From a virus (taxonomy: Duplodnaviria; Caudoviricetes): a DNA stretch of 64,000 nucleotides. The position numbers were made by a program, and so were the translations under genes. Every line of letters starts with the position of its first letter. Position 1 is the first letter of the stretch. This document shows, in pieces, positions 9,318-18,272 of this stretch. The stretch spans positions 1-64,000 of the IMG/VR virus record IMGVR_UViG_3300029288_000113; one strand, written 5' to 3'. The notes below the pieces were generated by a model, which worked only from the letters and a program-made list of their open reading frames with translations, searched no databases and was not told the DNA's origin.

Positions 9318-10123
9318 CGTGCCCTGGTTTCACAAAGGATTTTAAGCCACTGCTTGTTTTTGGTCCACCAATCAAGGGCATAGCTTTCCATTAGGGAAAT
9401 CCTGGAGTCTTTGAATGAAAACCACTCCTTGATGGTATGGACTTCACAGCCGATTTGGATATGGTCATCAGTGATGGTGATGTTCCAGGTCCCTTGAACA
9501 TTTATGCAGATTCCCGTGGCCCGGGCATTGCCAGTGACTCGGGCATTGCCGAAAACCTGGGCGTTGCCATGGACCTGTGCATGGCCATTTACTAGGGCAT
9601 GATCGGAGATATGAGCATTGCCATGGACCTGGGCATTTTTGTGGACTCTGGCGTTGCCATTGATCCTGGCATAGTCATACACCTGGGCGTTGTCGTAGAT
9701 CCAAGTGTTGCCGTAGATTTGGGCGTTGCCGGAGATTCGGGCATTCCCATAGATCCATGAATGGCCATAGACTCGGGCATGGTCGCAGACCTGGGCCTGG
9801 CCGGTCACTTGGGCATGGTCCTCCAGTCGGGCGTTATCGGTCACCTTGGCATCATCATAGACCTTGGCGTTGCCAGTTACCTGGGCCTGGCCGGTCACTT
9901 GGGCACGACCATAGACCTGGGCATTGCCGGTTACCTGGGCATTGCCGGTTACCTGGGCATCAAGATAGATCCAGGCGTGGCCATCTTGGGATAGGTTTTC
10001 CTTTTTCTCGATGAACCCCCCAAGCTCTCCCTTGGAGACATTTCCGAAGGAAGTTGTGGCCTCGATCCTGAATAATTTTTTGCCCTCAACTTGCTTGGAT
10101 TCAGTCGTTAGTTTAAATTTCAT
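9314..10123 (-). CDS. Hexapeptide-repeat (left-handed beta-helix) protein
   Basis: Long run of A[QR]V[TYH]GN-type hexapeptides; own RBS and class B promoter. Confidence 0.8.
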   Translation of the reverse strand: MKFKLTTESKQVEGKKLFRIEATTSFGNVSKGELGGFIEKKENLSQDGHAWIYLDAQVTGNAQVTGNAQVYGRAQVTGQAQVTGNAKVYDDAKVTDNARLEDHAQVTGQAQVCDHARVYGHSWIYGNARISGNAQIYGNTWIYDNAQVYDYARINGNARVHKNAQVHGNAHISDHALVNGHAQVHGNAQVFGNARVTGNARATGICINVQGTWNITITDDHIQIGCEVHTIKEWFSFKDSRISLMESYALDWWTKNKQWLKILCETRAR

Positions 10124-10141
10124 TTTCCTTCCCCTTATCTT

Positions 10142-10155
10142 ATTATAGCCCATTT
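10142..10155 (-). promoter_or_regulatory. Class B promoter motif AAATGGGCTATAAT
   Basis: Recurs at 19779, 20623, 21357 and 21912. Confidence 0.55.
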
Positions 10156-10709
10156 CAGAATGTCGCCTTGATCTCATTCATGGCCCGGTTGACCCTGGGC
10201 ATGGTCCAACCCAGGCCCCTCAGATATTCGATGACCCGCTTCCTGGTCACCTGGATGGACTGCAGTGTCAGGTCGCAGATTTCCAGTGGTGATCCCAATA
10301 CAAGCTCCACCACTTCACGGGCCTCGGCCCCGAGCCCAGCCATCGCCTCCCTGAACCGGGCGTATTCATAGGGCCCGGGCCCGTGGTCGTACTGGTCGGG
10401 AAAGGATTCGCTGTCCATAGATTCCACCCGGGGATGGCTGCTGCCATTCCCAGTGGGGCACCCGCGGCACCCGATCTTGCGGCGCCTCTGTTTCATGCCG
10501 CGGCTCATCCTGAACCTGACTCTCCAGGTGAGGTGGGTCGAGAATGCCCCCTTGTCCGGGTCCCAGGTAGTGAGGCACTCGGCGAATGCCAGGTTGCCAT
10601 CACTGACCAGGTCATCGAAGTGCTGGTCGGTGTTTCCGTTGTTGATCAATGCCCAGGCAGACTTGTAGATGAGATTGACGTAGTCATTATATTGTATGTC
10701 CTGGTTCAT
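10155..10709 (-). CDS. Sigma-70 family RNA polymerase sigma factor (phage)
   Basis: DDLVSDGNLAFAECLTTWDPDKGAFSTHLTWRVR, region-2-like. Confidence 0.7.
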   Translation of the reverse strand: MNQDIQYNDYVNLIYKSAWALINNGNTDQHFDDLVSDGNLAFAECLTTWDPDKGAFSTHLTWRVRFRMSRGMKQRRRKIGCRGCPTGNGSSHPRVESMDSESFPDQYDHGPGPYEYARFREAMAGLGAEAREVVELVLGSPLEICDLTLQSIQVTRKRVIEYLRGLGWTMPRVNRAMNEIKATF

Positions 10710-10987
10710 GTGGTTCTCCTTGCCTTCCTGGATATCACGACCCTGGCCTTTCTGGGTATCATATTCCTGACCCATTCCCGGTTCTCTCTTTTCCATTTGG
10801 GGCACTGGCCGCAGTTATCCTCATACACCTGGGGATTCCTGGCCCTGGCCCTGCACTTCTCGATGGACATCCTAGGATAATTGGGTAGAACATAGCACCG
10901 GAACGCCTCAGATGGGAATTCGTCTGATTGGAGGAATTCTATCTGCCTCTTGAGCAGGTCTTCGGTCAGTTTTTTCTCATCCCTCAT
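10706..10987 (-). CDS. Hypothetical protein
   Basis: Operon-packed ORF. Confidence 0.5.
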   Translation of the reverse strand: MRDEKKLTEDLLKRQIEFLQSDEFPSEAFRCYVLPNYPRMSIEKCRARARNPQVYEDNCGQCPKWKRENREWVRNMIPRKARVVISRKARRTT

Positions 10988-11222
10988 GGCCTACTCCCCT
11001 CTTGAACAGCGGGGCGAATGCGATCATACCATGCCTTTCGCTGGCCACGTCCCAATTAGGCAGTACATTCAGGCTGACCCTGCGCGTGGCCCTGTGCCAG
11101 TCCCGCTCACGACCATTGGCCTGATTGCGGAGGACAATGATGTTGCCCTTGATCTTCCGGACCTGCGAGTCGGCTCCCAATGCACTTGCCAATTCCTTGC
11201 GACATTTAGCTTTGTAGCTCAT
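10977..11222 (-). CDS. Hypothetical protein
   Basis: GGAGGT RBS then MSYKAK; directly downstream of HH1. Confidence 0.55.
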   Translation of the reverse strand: MSYKAKCRKELASALGADSQVRKIKGNIIVLRNQANGRERDWHRATRRVSLNVLPNWDVASERHGMIAFAPLFKRGVGHEG

Positions 11223-11246
11223 TGTTGCACCTCCAGTTTGATTCTG

Positions 11247-11311
11247 ACCCATCGTCAGGCACCGGCATGCACCGGCGCTACCCCGTGCACCTCCGGGCCG
11301 GGGTTTCGGGT
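11247..11311 (-). ncRNA. Hammerhead ribozyme HH1 (type II)
   Basis: ACCC GAAA CCCCG..CGGGG UA|GCGCCGG..CCGGUGC CUGACGA U GGGU. Confidence 0.8.
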
Positions 11312-11314
11312 TAT

Positions 11315-11644
11315 CTAATGGAAATGAGAAGGCGGACCCGGTGCAAGGCTGACAGAATTGAAGATTCGGTTCAGCTCATCCACTACCTCATCTCGGCTGT
11401 CCATGGTGAACGAATTGAGGAATCCCTCGGTGGAGCCCGAACCCTCAGCCAGGCAACGGGCGGAGAATTTGACCACCCCAATCCATTTCTTGCCGATGAC
11501 CTCTTTGGTGACAGCGGCGATGATTATGATCTGGGATTCGGCTTCCTTGGCGTTGTATGCCAGGGTCTGCTTCCAGATGATCTTATATCCCAGTTCCTTT
11601 AAGTCTGATTCAAGATGTTCGGGCATTTTTTTTTGCCCCTCCAT
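11315..11644 (-). CDS. Hypothetical protein
   Basis: ORF ends 3 nt before HH1. Confidence 0.5.
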   Translation of the reverse strand: MEGQKKMPEHLESDLKELGYKIIWKQTLAYNAKEAESQIIIIAAVTKEVIGKKWIGVVKFSARCLAEGSGSTEGFLNSFTMDSRDEVVDELNRIFNSVSLAPGPPSHFH

Positions 11645-11645
11645 T

Positions 11646-11804
11646 TTATTTGAACAACCCTCTCAGTATGCGGCTGGTGACCTTGCCAGCCATCCGCCTG
11701 ATGATCCGCCTGCCCGTGGCCTCGGGCCCCTGGGACACCGCCTTGGCGTCACCCAGGAGCCTGGCTGTGAGGTACAGCAGTGACCTGATCTTGTTGATGG
11801 TCAT
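11646..11804 (-). CDS. Small basic amphipathic protein (52 aa)
   Basis: MTINKIRSLLYLTARLLGDAKAVSQGPEATGRRIIRRMAGKVTSRILRGLFK; ATGA overlap; below the track size cut-off. Confidence 0.6.
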   Translation of the reverse strand: MTINKIRSLLYLTARLLGDAKAVSQGPEATGRRIIRRMAGKVTSRILRGLFK

Positions 11805-12370
11805 TTCATCATCCTCTTGGTGATCTCAGCCTGCTCCTTGTACAGCTCTTCGCCGAGCAGGCCCTTGATCCTGGACAACTCCTTGTCCGTGTGTGCCACG
11901 CCGGAGTTGAGGTCCAGGTACCACTGCAGGACATCGGCCCTGGTGGGTAGGTCGGCCACGTTGAACGACAGGCTGTTGCGGAAGTCCCTGAGGGCCAGCT
12001 CATGGTCCGGGTATTCCATCAGGGTCCGGCCGAACACGGCAATGTTGTTCCTGAGCATCTTCAGCAGGGCGGTGATCCGTTGGAGGCCGTCCACCAGGAC
12101 CATCCTGCGCTCCCCGTGGAACCTGCGGGACATCCAGAACGGGGCATTGAAATAGACCTCCCTGCCCGAGGTGCCACCACGTAGGAAGTATTCGCAGTAT
12201 GCCATCTGTTGGGCCTCGGACCAGACATGGCCACGCTGGAAATCGGGATTGAGCTCAAGGCCGTATTCCCTGATCCACTTGTCAACCATCCACCCAAGGC
12301 TGTCCAGGGGCACGTCGCAGCGGTACTGGGCCTCGGTGAACCTGGGGATTTCCCTGATCGAGTTATACAT
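11801..12370 (-). CDS. DUF262 (GmrS/ParB-like) domain protein
   Basis: NPDFQRGHVW and VDGLQRITA motifs. Confidence 0.8.
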   Translation of the reverse strand: MYNSIREIPRFTEAQYRCDVPLDSLGWMVDKWIREYGLELNPDFQRGHVWSEAQQMAYCEYFLRGGTSGREVYFNAPFWMSRRFHGERRMVLVDGLQRITALLKMLRNNIAVFGRTLMEYPDHELALRDFRNSLSFNVADLPTRADVLQWYLDLNSGVAHTDKELSRIKGLLGEELYKEQAEITKRMMK

Positions 12371-13901
12371 TTTTGGACTCCTTCTTGGCGAATCCCTCGG
12401 GCAGGAAATATAGCTCCTGCTTGGCCCGGGTGTAGGCCACGTAGATCAGGTTCATCTCCTGGGACTTCTGCCAGGCCTTGCGGGCCCATGGGCTGGGCAT
12501 GTACTTGTCCCGACCCAGGATGAACACCCGGGGCCACTCCAGGCCCTTGGCCTTGTGGACCGTGCTCAGGGTGAGCAGGCCCTTGTTGTTGTCTGTGAAC
12601 AGGGTCTGGATGGACCTGATGAGCCCGTCGATGGTCCGCTCGTCCTCGGGCAGGTGGCCAATGATGGTCCGGAGTGTGGTGACCTTGTCGTCCACCTGCT
12701 GGGCCCGGTCCTCCTTGCCCTTGCTGGTCAGCTTGGCAATCTCGCGGCCGGCATAGGCATCCAGACGCTCCTCCAGGTGGTCGATGTCCCTGGCCTTCAT
12801 CTGCTTGATCAGGGTTTCCAACCCGACGCCGATGTCACGGCCCAGGATGCGGCAGGCCACCCGGCGCCTGATCAGGTCGTAGGCGGTCTCAACCAGGGGT
12901 GCGGTCACCCGGCAGAGGATGGCATCGGTGTTGGTGAACTGTGTGGGATCGAACCCACCAAGGCTTTCGACCACACCGAACGGGGCATGCTCATGGGCTT
13001 CAATGATGGGTACGAATTCCTTGGCAGCCTGGACCACGTTCTGCGGGCAGCGGTAGCTGACGGACAGCGGCAGTACATGGCAGTCGAACTCATTGGCGAT
13101 GCGGCTCATGGCCTCGGAGTCTGCACCCCTGAACCCGTAGATGGCCTGGTAGGGGTCACCCACTGCGATCAACCGCCCGCCTGGCTTCAGCATCCGCTTC
13201 AGCAGGGCGATCTGGACCCCGTTGGTGTCCTGGGCCTCATCGACGAACACATAATCGTACTGCCTGAACCGTAGGTCCTTGATTAGAGGCATGTACAGCA
13301 TGTCATCAAAATCGATGACATATTCGGCATCCTCTATGGATTTTTGCAGGATCATCTTGGCCAGTTCGATGCCGCGCTCCTCGGTGACCTCCTTGCTGCC
13401 CCGGCCGGACCGATCGGTGTTGAGGCTGACATCAAAATGGTCGATGAGCTCGTGCCAGGATTCCCCCGTGTCCGGGATCAGGTATCCCATGCCGAACCCC
13501 TTGGCCAGGCCCACCAGTTTCATGACGAATCCCATGTAATCCTTCAGGTCACCCTCTGCAATCCATTCCCGACAGAGGTCTCGGACCTTGTTGGCCTCAA
13601 CCCTGATCTTGTGGTCGCGGTTGGCATTCATCCAGGCACCGAACCCGGTCGAGTGGAAGGTGGCGGCCTTGACATTGTCCATCCTGAGCCTTTTCAGGAT
13701 TTCGTCCAGATGGGTGGCGATGGCCTTGTTGAAGGCCAGGAACAATACGAACTTGTCCTTGCTGATGAACTTGAGTGATTCCACAATGGTGGTGGTCTTG
13801 CCGCTGCCGGCCACCGCCTCGATGATTCCGCTTTCGGTCCCCGCCCGGACAAAATCAAATATGTCCTGCTGGTAGGGGGATGGCTTGAATTCTGTGCTCA
13901 T
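12363..13901 (-). CDS. SF1 UvrD/Rep-like helicase
   Basis: AVAGSGKTT, VDEAQD, VGDPYQAIYGFRGA, TVHKAKGLE, YVAYTRA; start MSTEF (the longer track start lies inside HH2). Confidence 0.9.
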   Translation of the reverse strand: MSTEFKPSPYQQDIFDFVRAGTESGIIEAVAGSGKTTTIVESLKFISKDKFVLFLAFNKAIATHLDEILKRLRMDNVKAATFHSTGFGAWMNANRDHKIRVEANKVRDLCREWIAEGDLKDYMGFVMKLVGLAKGFGMGYLIPDTGESWHELIDHFDVSLNTDRSGRGSKEVTEERGIELAKMILQKSIEDAEYVIDFDDMLYMPLIKDLRFRQYDYVFVDEAQDTNGVQIALLKRMLKPGGRLIAVGDPYQAIYGFRGADSEAMSRIANEFDCHVLPLSVSYRCPQNVVQAAKEFVPIIEAHEHAPFGVVESLGGFDPTQFTNTDAILCRVTAPLVETAYDLIRRRVACRILGRDIGVGLETLIKQMKARDIDHLEERLDAYAGREIAKLTSKGKEDRAQQVDDKVTTLRTIIGHLPEDERTIDGLIRSIQTLFTDNNKGLLTLSTVHKAKGLEWPRVFILGRDKYMPSPWARKAWQKSQEMNLIYVAYTRAKQELYFLPEGFAKKESKNV

Positions 13902-13935
13902 CTTGACCTCTCCTTTGATTAAGGTTTCTTTGGCT

Positions 13936-13993
13936 CCTGCTATGGCCCCAGGCCGGGGCCATTTCACGGCTGCCACACCGATCATCGGGCAGG
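13936..13993 (-). ncRNA. Hammerhead ribozyme HH2 (type I, CCGAUGA core variant)
   Basis: CCUGC CCGAUGA U CGG..CCG U GAAA UGGCCCC..GGGGCCA UA|GCAGG. Confidence 0.65.
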
Positions 13994-14305
13994 CTATTTT
14001 CCTGACAGGAATCTGGCCTCACCGGCCTTGAGGGACCTGTGTGAGACGTTATTGTAGTCATATTTCTTGAATGTGAGCTTGATCCTGTTGGCATCCATAT
14101 CGAAGGTCATGTCGTACCGGTCCCTCATGTCCTGATCATTGCTGAGCAAGTCAAATACCGGCCCCAGGTTCCAGCGGTTGTCATTGGCTGCGATGCTGAT
14201 GCCGTTTTCTTCTGGAATTTCCTTGATGAATTTCACGGTGTCCTTCATTAACATGTGCATCCTGGCCCCTACAAAACTTCTCTTATCCATTTTTGTGTCC
14301 TCCAT
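13994..14305 (-). CDS. Hypothetical protein
   Basis: ORF between HH3 and HH2; the real start may be the second Met (MDKRS). Confidence 0.55.
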   Translation of the reverse strand: MEDTKMDKRSFVGARMHMLMKDTVKFIKEIPEENGISIAANDNRWNLGPVFDLLSNDQDMRDRYDMTFDMDANRIKLTFKKYDYNNVSHRSLKAGEARFLSGK

Positions 14306-14321
14306 CTAATGTATTGGTTTT

Positions 14322-14382
14322 CTGTGATCGGGACACGAGGCCCCGGTTTCGGTCGGTCACCAGCCGACCATCATCAGGCAGG
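14322..14382 (-). ncRNA. Hammerhead ribozyme HH3 (type I, possibly degenerate)
   Basis: CCUGC CUGAUGA U GGUCGG..CCGACC GAAA CCGGG..CCCGA UC|ACAG; two C.A mismatches next to the cleavage site. Confidence 0.6.
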
Positions 14383-14583
14383 TTCGGAGTTTCTTTTGCA
14401 TTCAGGGCATCGTCCACTGTATCTGTTGTTGCTACTCAAGATGCCATCGCTGGCACTGCATAGGATTCCGTGCGGGCAGTTATGGTTTACCATATGCTTG
14501 TTGTTCCCAAATTTGAACCTGACTGCCACGACCCTGCCACAGTGATGGCAGATTTTCTTGCGTCTTACTGGGCAGGTGGTCAT
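14374..14583 (-). CDS. Small Cys-rich (Zn-binding) protein
   Basis: CHHC, HNCPHG, CPEC; its TGA stop is part of the HH3 core. Confidence 0.55.
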   Translation of the reverse strand: MTTCPVRRKKICHHCGRVVAVRFKFGNNKHMVNHNCPHGILCSASDGILSSNNRYSGRCPECKRNSEPA

Positions 14584-14897
14584 TGCTTATGCTCCAACAT
14601 TTTATTGCACTTGTCAACACATTCTTGGAGCCTGGACTCCCAGATTTTCATGCTGTTGTGGATATGGGTGGTCCAGCTAGATGAATTGGATACAGTGCTG
14701 CCGAGTCTGACCCCGCCGGCCCTGCCCACAAAGTAAAACTGGCCGATCAGACCCTTGACCGTGAATTGCCGGTATCTGGTTCTGGACTTGATCTCGACTG
14801 CTTGCTTCACTTCCACCAGGTAGCGCACCACCCGGTCGGTCATGGTCTTGGGTTGACCCTTCCTGGGGCCTGACTTGAAAACTTGGTAGCTGCTCAT
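14580..14897 (-). CDS. Hypothetical protein
   Basis: AAGGAG RBS then MSSYQVFKSGPRKGQPKT. Confidence 0.6.
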   Translation of the reverse strand: MSSYQVFKSGPRKGQPKTMTDRVVRYLVEVKQAVEIKSRTRYRQFTVKGLIGQFYFVGRAGGVRLGSTVSNSSSWTTHIHNSMKIWESRLQECVDKCNKMLEHKQ

Positions 14898-14924
14898 GAC
14901 CAGTCTCCTTTTTTTTATTGTCTG

Positions 14925-14988
14925 ACCCTCGTCAGGCATCGGTATTCACCGGTGCTTCCCCGTGCACCTCCGGGTCGGGGATTCGGGC
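14925..14988 (-). ncRNA. Hammerhead ribozyme HH4 (type II, U15.1-A16.1 variant)
   Basis: GCCC GAAU CCCCG..CGGGG AA|GCACCGGU..ACCGAUGC CUGACGA GGGU; paralog of HH1. Confidence 0.7.
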
Positions 14989-14991
14989 TGG

Positions 14992-15198
14992 TTAGCTCAG
15001 GTAGTTTTTACATTCCTGGCAACTGCATTTTATGGCATACTTGGCGGCTCGCTTGGCTTCTGTTATGGTGTCGAATCCCATGACGTGGGTTGGGACCAAT
15101 GGGTCGCTGTCGAATCGCCACCCATAGTTAAGGGTGACTATGACCTCATTGCCTATGCTGCGTTCGTCATCAAGATGCATGATTTTCTTGCTCATCAC
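14992..15198 (-). CDS. Hypothetical protein (C-terminal CxCxxC)
   Basis: Operon-packed; stop lies just before HH4. Confidence 0.55.
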   Translation of the reverse strand: MMSKKIMHLDDERSIGNEVIVTLNYGWRFDSDPLVPTHVMGFDTITEAKRAAKYAIKCSCQECKNYLS

Positions 15199-15470
15199 CC
15201 CCTCCCATACAGCTTGGCCATCTCGTTCTTGATCTGGTCCACCTCGGCCTGTGCCCTGTTCAATTTCTGATCCAACATCATCATCTTCTCCGCCCTGGGC
15301 AGCATGTCCTCGATGACCGTCATGCCGTATTCCAGGTACAGCTTGGCAATCTGCCCCTTGCCGCCCACATCCTTGATGGCCGGGTGGAAGGTGTAGACCG
15401 TCTGGATGATGTTGTGCTCCTTTTGGGGAATCTTCCTGCCGATCAGGTCTTCAAATTCCTGTGGGGTCAT
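15195..15470 (-). CDS. Hypothetical protein
   Basis: RBS; C-terminal coiled coil. Confidence 0.6.
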   Translation of the reverse strand: MTPQEFEDLIGRKIPQKEHNIIQTVYTFHPAIKDVGGKGQIAKLYLEYGMTVIEDMLPRAEKMMMLDQKLNRAQAEVDQIKNEMAKLYGRG

Positions 15471-15481
15471 TTTCTTGCTCC

Positions 15482-15853
15482 TTATAATATGGCCTTGGCC
15501 AATGCCTTGACATCGACCGGGTCGTTGGCCAGCTCCTTTTCCAGTTCGACAATCTGGGTGTTGAGCCTGACTTGCTCGGCATGGACCTTGGCGAGTTCCT
15601 GCCTCAGTTGCGCCAGCCTGTGGCTCTTTTCCCCGTGCAGCCTGGTGGCCTTGTTGGCCTCGCTCTCGATGTAGTACACCGAGTAGCCCATGCCCCGGCA
15701 GCCCCGGCTGTACTTGCTTGCCGGTTCGTCCACGACCACCGCCTTGTTGCCCTTGGCCCGCTCGGCCCTGGCCCGTTCCTTCATCTCTTCCTTGTCATGG
15801 GAATAGGCACCGGTGAAGACATATCCCTTGGATTCCGCCTGTCTCTTGTTCAT
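15482..15853 (-). CDS. Hypothetical protein
   Basis: RBS; coiled coil. Confidence 0.6.
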   Translation of the reverse strand: MNKRQAESKGYVFTGAYSHDKEEMKERARAERAKGNKAVVVDEPASKYSRGCRGMGYSVYYIESEANKATRLHGEKSHRLAQLRQELAKVHAEQVRLNTQIVELEKELANDPVDVKALAKAIL

Positions 15854-15881
15854 TGTTGTTCCCCTTTCATCTAATTTGATT

Positions 15882-16394
15882 TTATTTTAATTCCAGGCCG
15901 AAATTGGCCAGGAAGGCCGGTTCTGGGTCAATACCCCAGCACTTGCGACATAGATCATTGTGGTTGACCTTGCCCGTGACCTTGGTGAAATGGGTCGACC
16001 TGTTGCTGACGTAGTCCCAGCAGGCCGATCCGTCTGTCCTGTGGCAGTGGTGGATCTTGCTGCCGGTGGGCGTTTTGCCGGCAAACTCACCATTCTTCAT
16101 GATGACCAGCCTGGAGTACAATTCTCTTGCAGTCCGGTCACCCTTGATGGCGGCCAGGACCATCCTGCCGATGGCCTCCGGGCTTGAGTCCCTGATACCC
16201 GACCAGTCGTAGCCTTGTGGGGGCACGCCGGGATAGCCATCCTGCAGGGCCCAGATTTTCTTGAAGACCCTGGGGTTGTCCAGGGCCTTCTTGATCACCA
16301 TCAGGTCCAGGATGCCACAGCAGGTGATGTCCAGTTCCTCATCCTGCCATTCGAAATGGCCCTCTTTTTCATTGTATCTGAGGTTCTTCATCAC
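15882..16394 (-). CDS. Hypothetical protein
   Basis: YDWSGIRDSS motif; C-terminal H..C..CRKC; follows HH5. Confidence 0.6.
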   Translation of the reverse strand: MMKNLRYNEKEGHFEWQDEELDITCCGILDLMVIKKALDNPRVFKKIWALQDGYPGVPPQGYDWSGIRDSSPEAIGRMVLAAIKGDRTARELYSRLVIMKNGEFAGKTPTGSKIHHCHRTDGSACWDYVSNRSTHFTKVTGKVNHNDLCRKCWGIDPEPAFLANFGLELK

Positions 16395-16419
16395 TTTTTC
16401 CTTTATCTATATTTGATTT

Positions 16420-16479
16420 CCTGCGAGCCCCGAAGACTGGGGCTTTCGGTTGGGCATCACCCAACCATCATCAGGCAGG
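16420..16479 (-). ncRNA. Hammerhead ribozyme HH5 (type I, canonical core)
   Basis: CCUGC CUGAUGA U GGUUGGG UGAUG CCCAACC GAAA GCCCC..GGGGC UC|GCAGG. Confidence 0.9.
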
Positions 16480-16492
16480 TCTTGGTATTGGG

Positions 16493-16642
16493 TTAAAACT
16501 TCTCTTTATTATTCACGATAAGTTGGATGAGAATATTTCTTAGCACCAACTTTAGTTCGTCACTTATGACGTTATTGATAATTTGTTTCGTCAGAAAATT
16601 GTAGTCTTTGTCGTCGAGCTTAATTACGTATTCTTTTTTCAT
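16493..16642 (-). CDS. Small AT-rich hypothetical protein (49 aa)
   Basis: MKKEYVIKLDDKDYNFLTKQ...; AAGGA RBS. Confidence 0.5.
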   Translation of the reverse strand: MKKEYVIKLDDKDYNFLTKQIINNVISDELKLVLRNILIQLIVNNKEKF

Positions 16643-16665
16643 GTTATGATCCTTATGTGTTTTCC

Positions 16666-16827
16666 TTAATGATTTTTTTTGAAATCTTCCAGGGCCTCGT
16701 CCAGGGTTTCATATTCGTCTTTGCAACCGACCGCCTCCTCCTCATATAGGAAGTCGACTTCCTGGTTATCTTCTTCACTTATTATTTCCATGAGGATTAC
16801 ATGAATTTGATATTTAATTTGAGGCAT
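16666..16827 (-). CDS. Small acidic protein (53 aa)
   Basis: MPQIKYQ...EEDNQEVDFLYEEE...DEYETLDEALEDF. Confidence 0.55.
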   Translation of the reverse strand: MPQIKYQIHVILMEIISEEDNQEVDFLYEEEAVGCKDEYETLDEALEDFKKNH

Positions 16828-16852
16828 CTTGCTACTCCCTTGTTTTGGATTT

Positions 16853-16912
16853 GGCTTCATCAGACCGGCCATCCAGCCGGTGAGGCAAGGTGGTTGGCCT
16901 TGCCTTTCTGCT
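16853..16912 (-). ncRNA. Hammerhead ribozyme HH6 (type II, minimal stem II)
   Basis: GC A GAAA GGCAAGG..CCUUGCC UC|ACCGGC UGGAUG GCCGGU CUGAUGA A GCC. Confidence 0.75.
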
Positions 16913-16914
16913 TG

Positions 16915-17490
16915 TTAGACATTCACGAAATACTGGCCGGCGTCGTTTTTGGAGATGGTCACTTTTTTGTCCTTGGCCAGTCTGTTAGGCAATTGAGCAT
17001 TGATCGTGGCCTTCATTGCCTTTTCATCCCGATCCGGAAAGGCTTGTTTCAGCTCGGCCAGGATTTCGGCTTTGCTGTGCGGACCGGATTTGATGATCTC
17101 CAGGATGGTAGAGATGACCCCAGGGGATTTGGTATTCTTGGCCAGGGTTGCTTTCTTAACGGTCGGTGCCGGCAAAGCCAACAAGGGGCTCAGGTCATTC
17201 AACACTTTGTTGATTAACGGAGCCTTATGTAAATAGGCATCCCGAAGGGACCAGACTTTGCGGCCGTTGCGAAAGGCATGCAGGTAACAATGAGAACCGC
17301 CCGGGTGCTGGTGGCGGTAGATAACCTTGATGTCCCGGAAAGAACCGGGGATATCGAAGGTGGATAAAGTGGGCTCGTAAGCCTTATTTTTCAAAGTGGC
17401 GTTATCGAAATCCCAGTTAATTTGCGGTAAAGCGTTGGTCAGGTTTTCACGGCGCTTTTGGCTTATGCTCGGCTCGATCTTGGTTTCCAT
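16915..17490 (-). CDS. Hypothetical protein with C-terminal winged-helix-like domain
   Basis: PGVISTILEII...KAEILAELKQAFPDR; lies between HH7 and HH6. Confidence 0.6.
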   Translation of the reverse strand: METKIEPSISQKRRENLTNALPQINWDFDNATLKNKAYEPTLSTFDIPGSFRDIKVIYRHQHPGGSHCYLHAFRNGRKVWSLRDAYLHKAPLINKVLNDLSPLLALPAPTVKKATLAKNTKSPGVISTILEIIKSGPHSKAEILAELKQAFPDRDEKAMKATINAQLPNRLAKDKKVTISKNDAGQYFVNV

Positions 17491-17520
17491 CTTCGTTCTC
17501 CTTTTATCTAATTTTTGGCT

Positions 17521-17577
17521 CCTGCTTTCCCGGTCGCTGCCGGGAATTCATCGGTGCCACCCGAATCGTCAGGCAGG
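17521..17577 (-). ncRNA. Hammerhead ribozyme HH7 (type I, U15.1-A16.1 variant)
   Basis: CCUGC CUGACGA U UCGG GUGGCA CCGA U GAAU UCCCGG..CCGGGA AA|GCAGG. Confidence 0.75.
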
Positions 17578-17579
17578 GG

Positions 17580-17888
17580 TTAGCACATGAGGTCATAGCC
17601 GGTATCGCCTGGCTTTGGATACCAGTGCCCGTCATGCTCATTGGGTGCCGTTGCCAATTCGACCATTTCGACCTTGCTCAGCTTGGTGCAGCCGAAGCCA
17701 CAGAGGCCGGAACTGAACCCCACGGGGACATAGGTGAAATATTGGTCGTCATTCTCCAGGGTTTCGACGGTCTTGACCTTCACCTTGACACAATATTCGA
17801 CTGTCTGATTGACCTTGTGCCAATCCCGGGCGAAGGTGGCCTTGCCTTTTTCTGTCATTCCGTAGATGGTATTGATCTTGAGTCCCAT
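17580..17888 (-). CDS. Hypothetical protein
   Basis: ORF with RBS; stop lies just before HH7. Confidence 0.55.
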   Translation of the reverse strand: MGLKINTIYGMTEKGKATFARDWHKVNQTVEYCVKVKVKTVETLENDDQYFTYVPVGFSSGLCGFGCTKLSKVEMVELATAPNEHDGHWYPKPGDTGYDLMC

Positions 17889-17906
17889 TTTTTTTGCCCC
17901 TTTTAT

Positions 17907-18242
17907 CTATATTTGATTTCCTGCTGCCATCTGCCTTATCCAGCGGCGGTAGGCTCCGATGGTCTTGAACCCTGCCTGCTTGGCATCTGCCTTCATTTCC
18001 TTGCTGAACCCGCAGATGTTTGGGTTGTGGGATCGGTTGGTTATGTACCAGTGTCCCCGGCAGTCATCCCAGGTCAGCTCTTTGAATAATACGATGTGGT
18101 GGAACCGGCCTGATTCCGAGATAAAAGATTGTTGGAAGTCGATGACCATCCAGCGGCGGCAATGGATGCACTGGACTGCCTCCCTGTAGCCGCCCCATTC
18201 CTTGTCTTCATCCGGGAACAGGTTGACCTTTGGCCTTGCCAT
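17907..18242 (-). CDS. Hypothetical protein
   Basis: AAGGAG RBS; CIHC motif. Confidence 0.55.
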   Translation of the reverse strand: MARPKVNLFPDEDKEWGGYREAVQCIHCRRWMVIDFQQSFISESGRFHHIVLFKELTWDDCRGHWYITNRSHNPNICGFSKEMKADAKQAGFKTIGAYRRWIRQMAAGNQI

Positions 18243-18272
18243 CTCTAGCTCCTTCGTTGAGGTATTTTGGCT

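Noticed and set aside
9520-9985. 18-bp periodic DNA repeats
   Set aside because: Fully explained by the hexapeptide-repeat protein; not a DGR or array.
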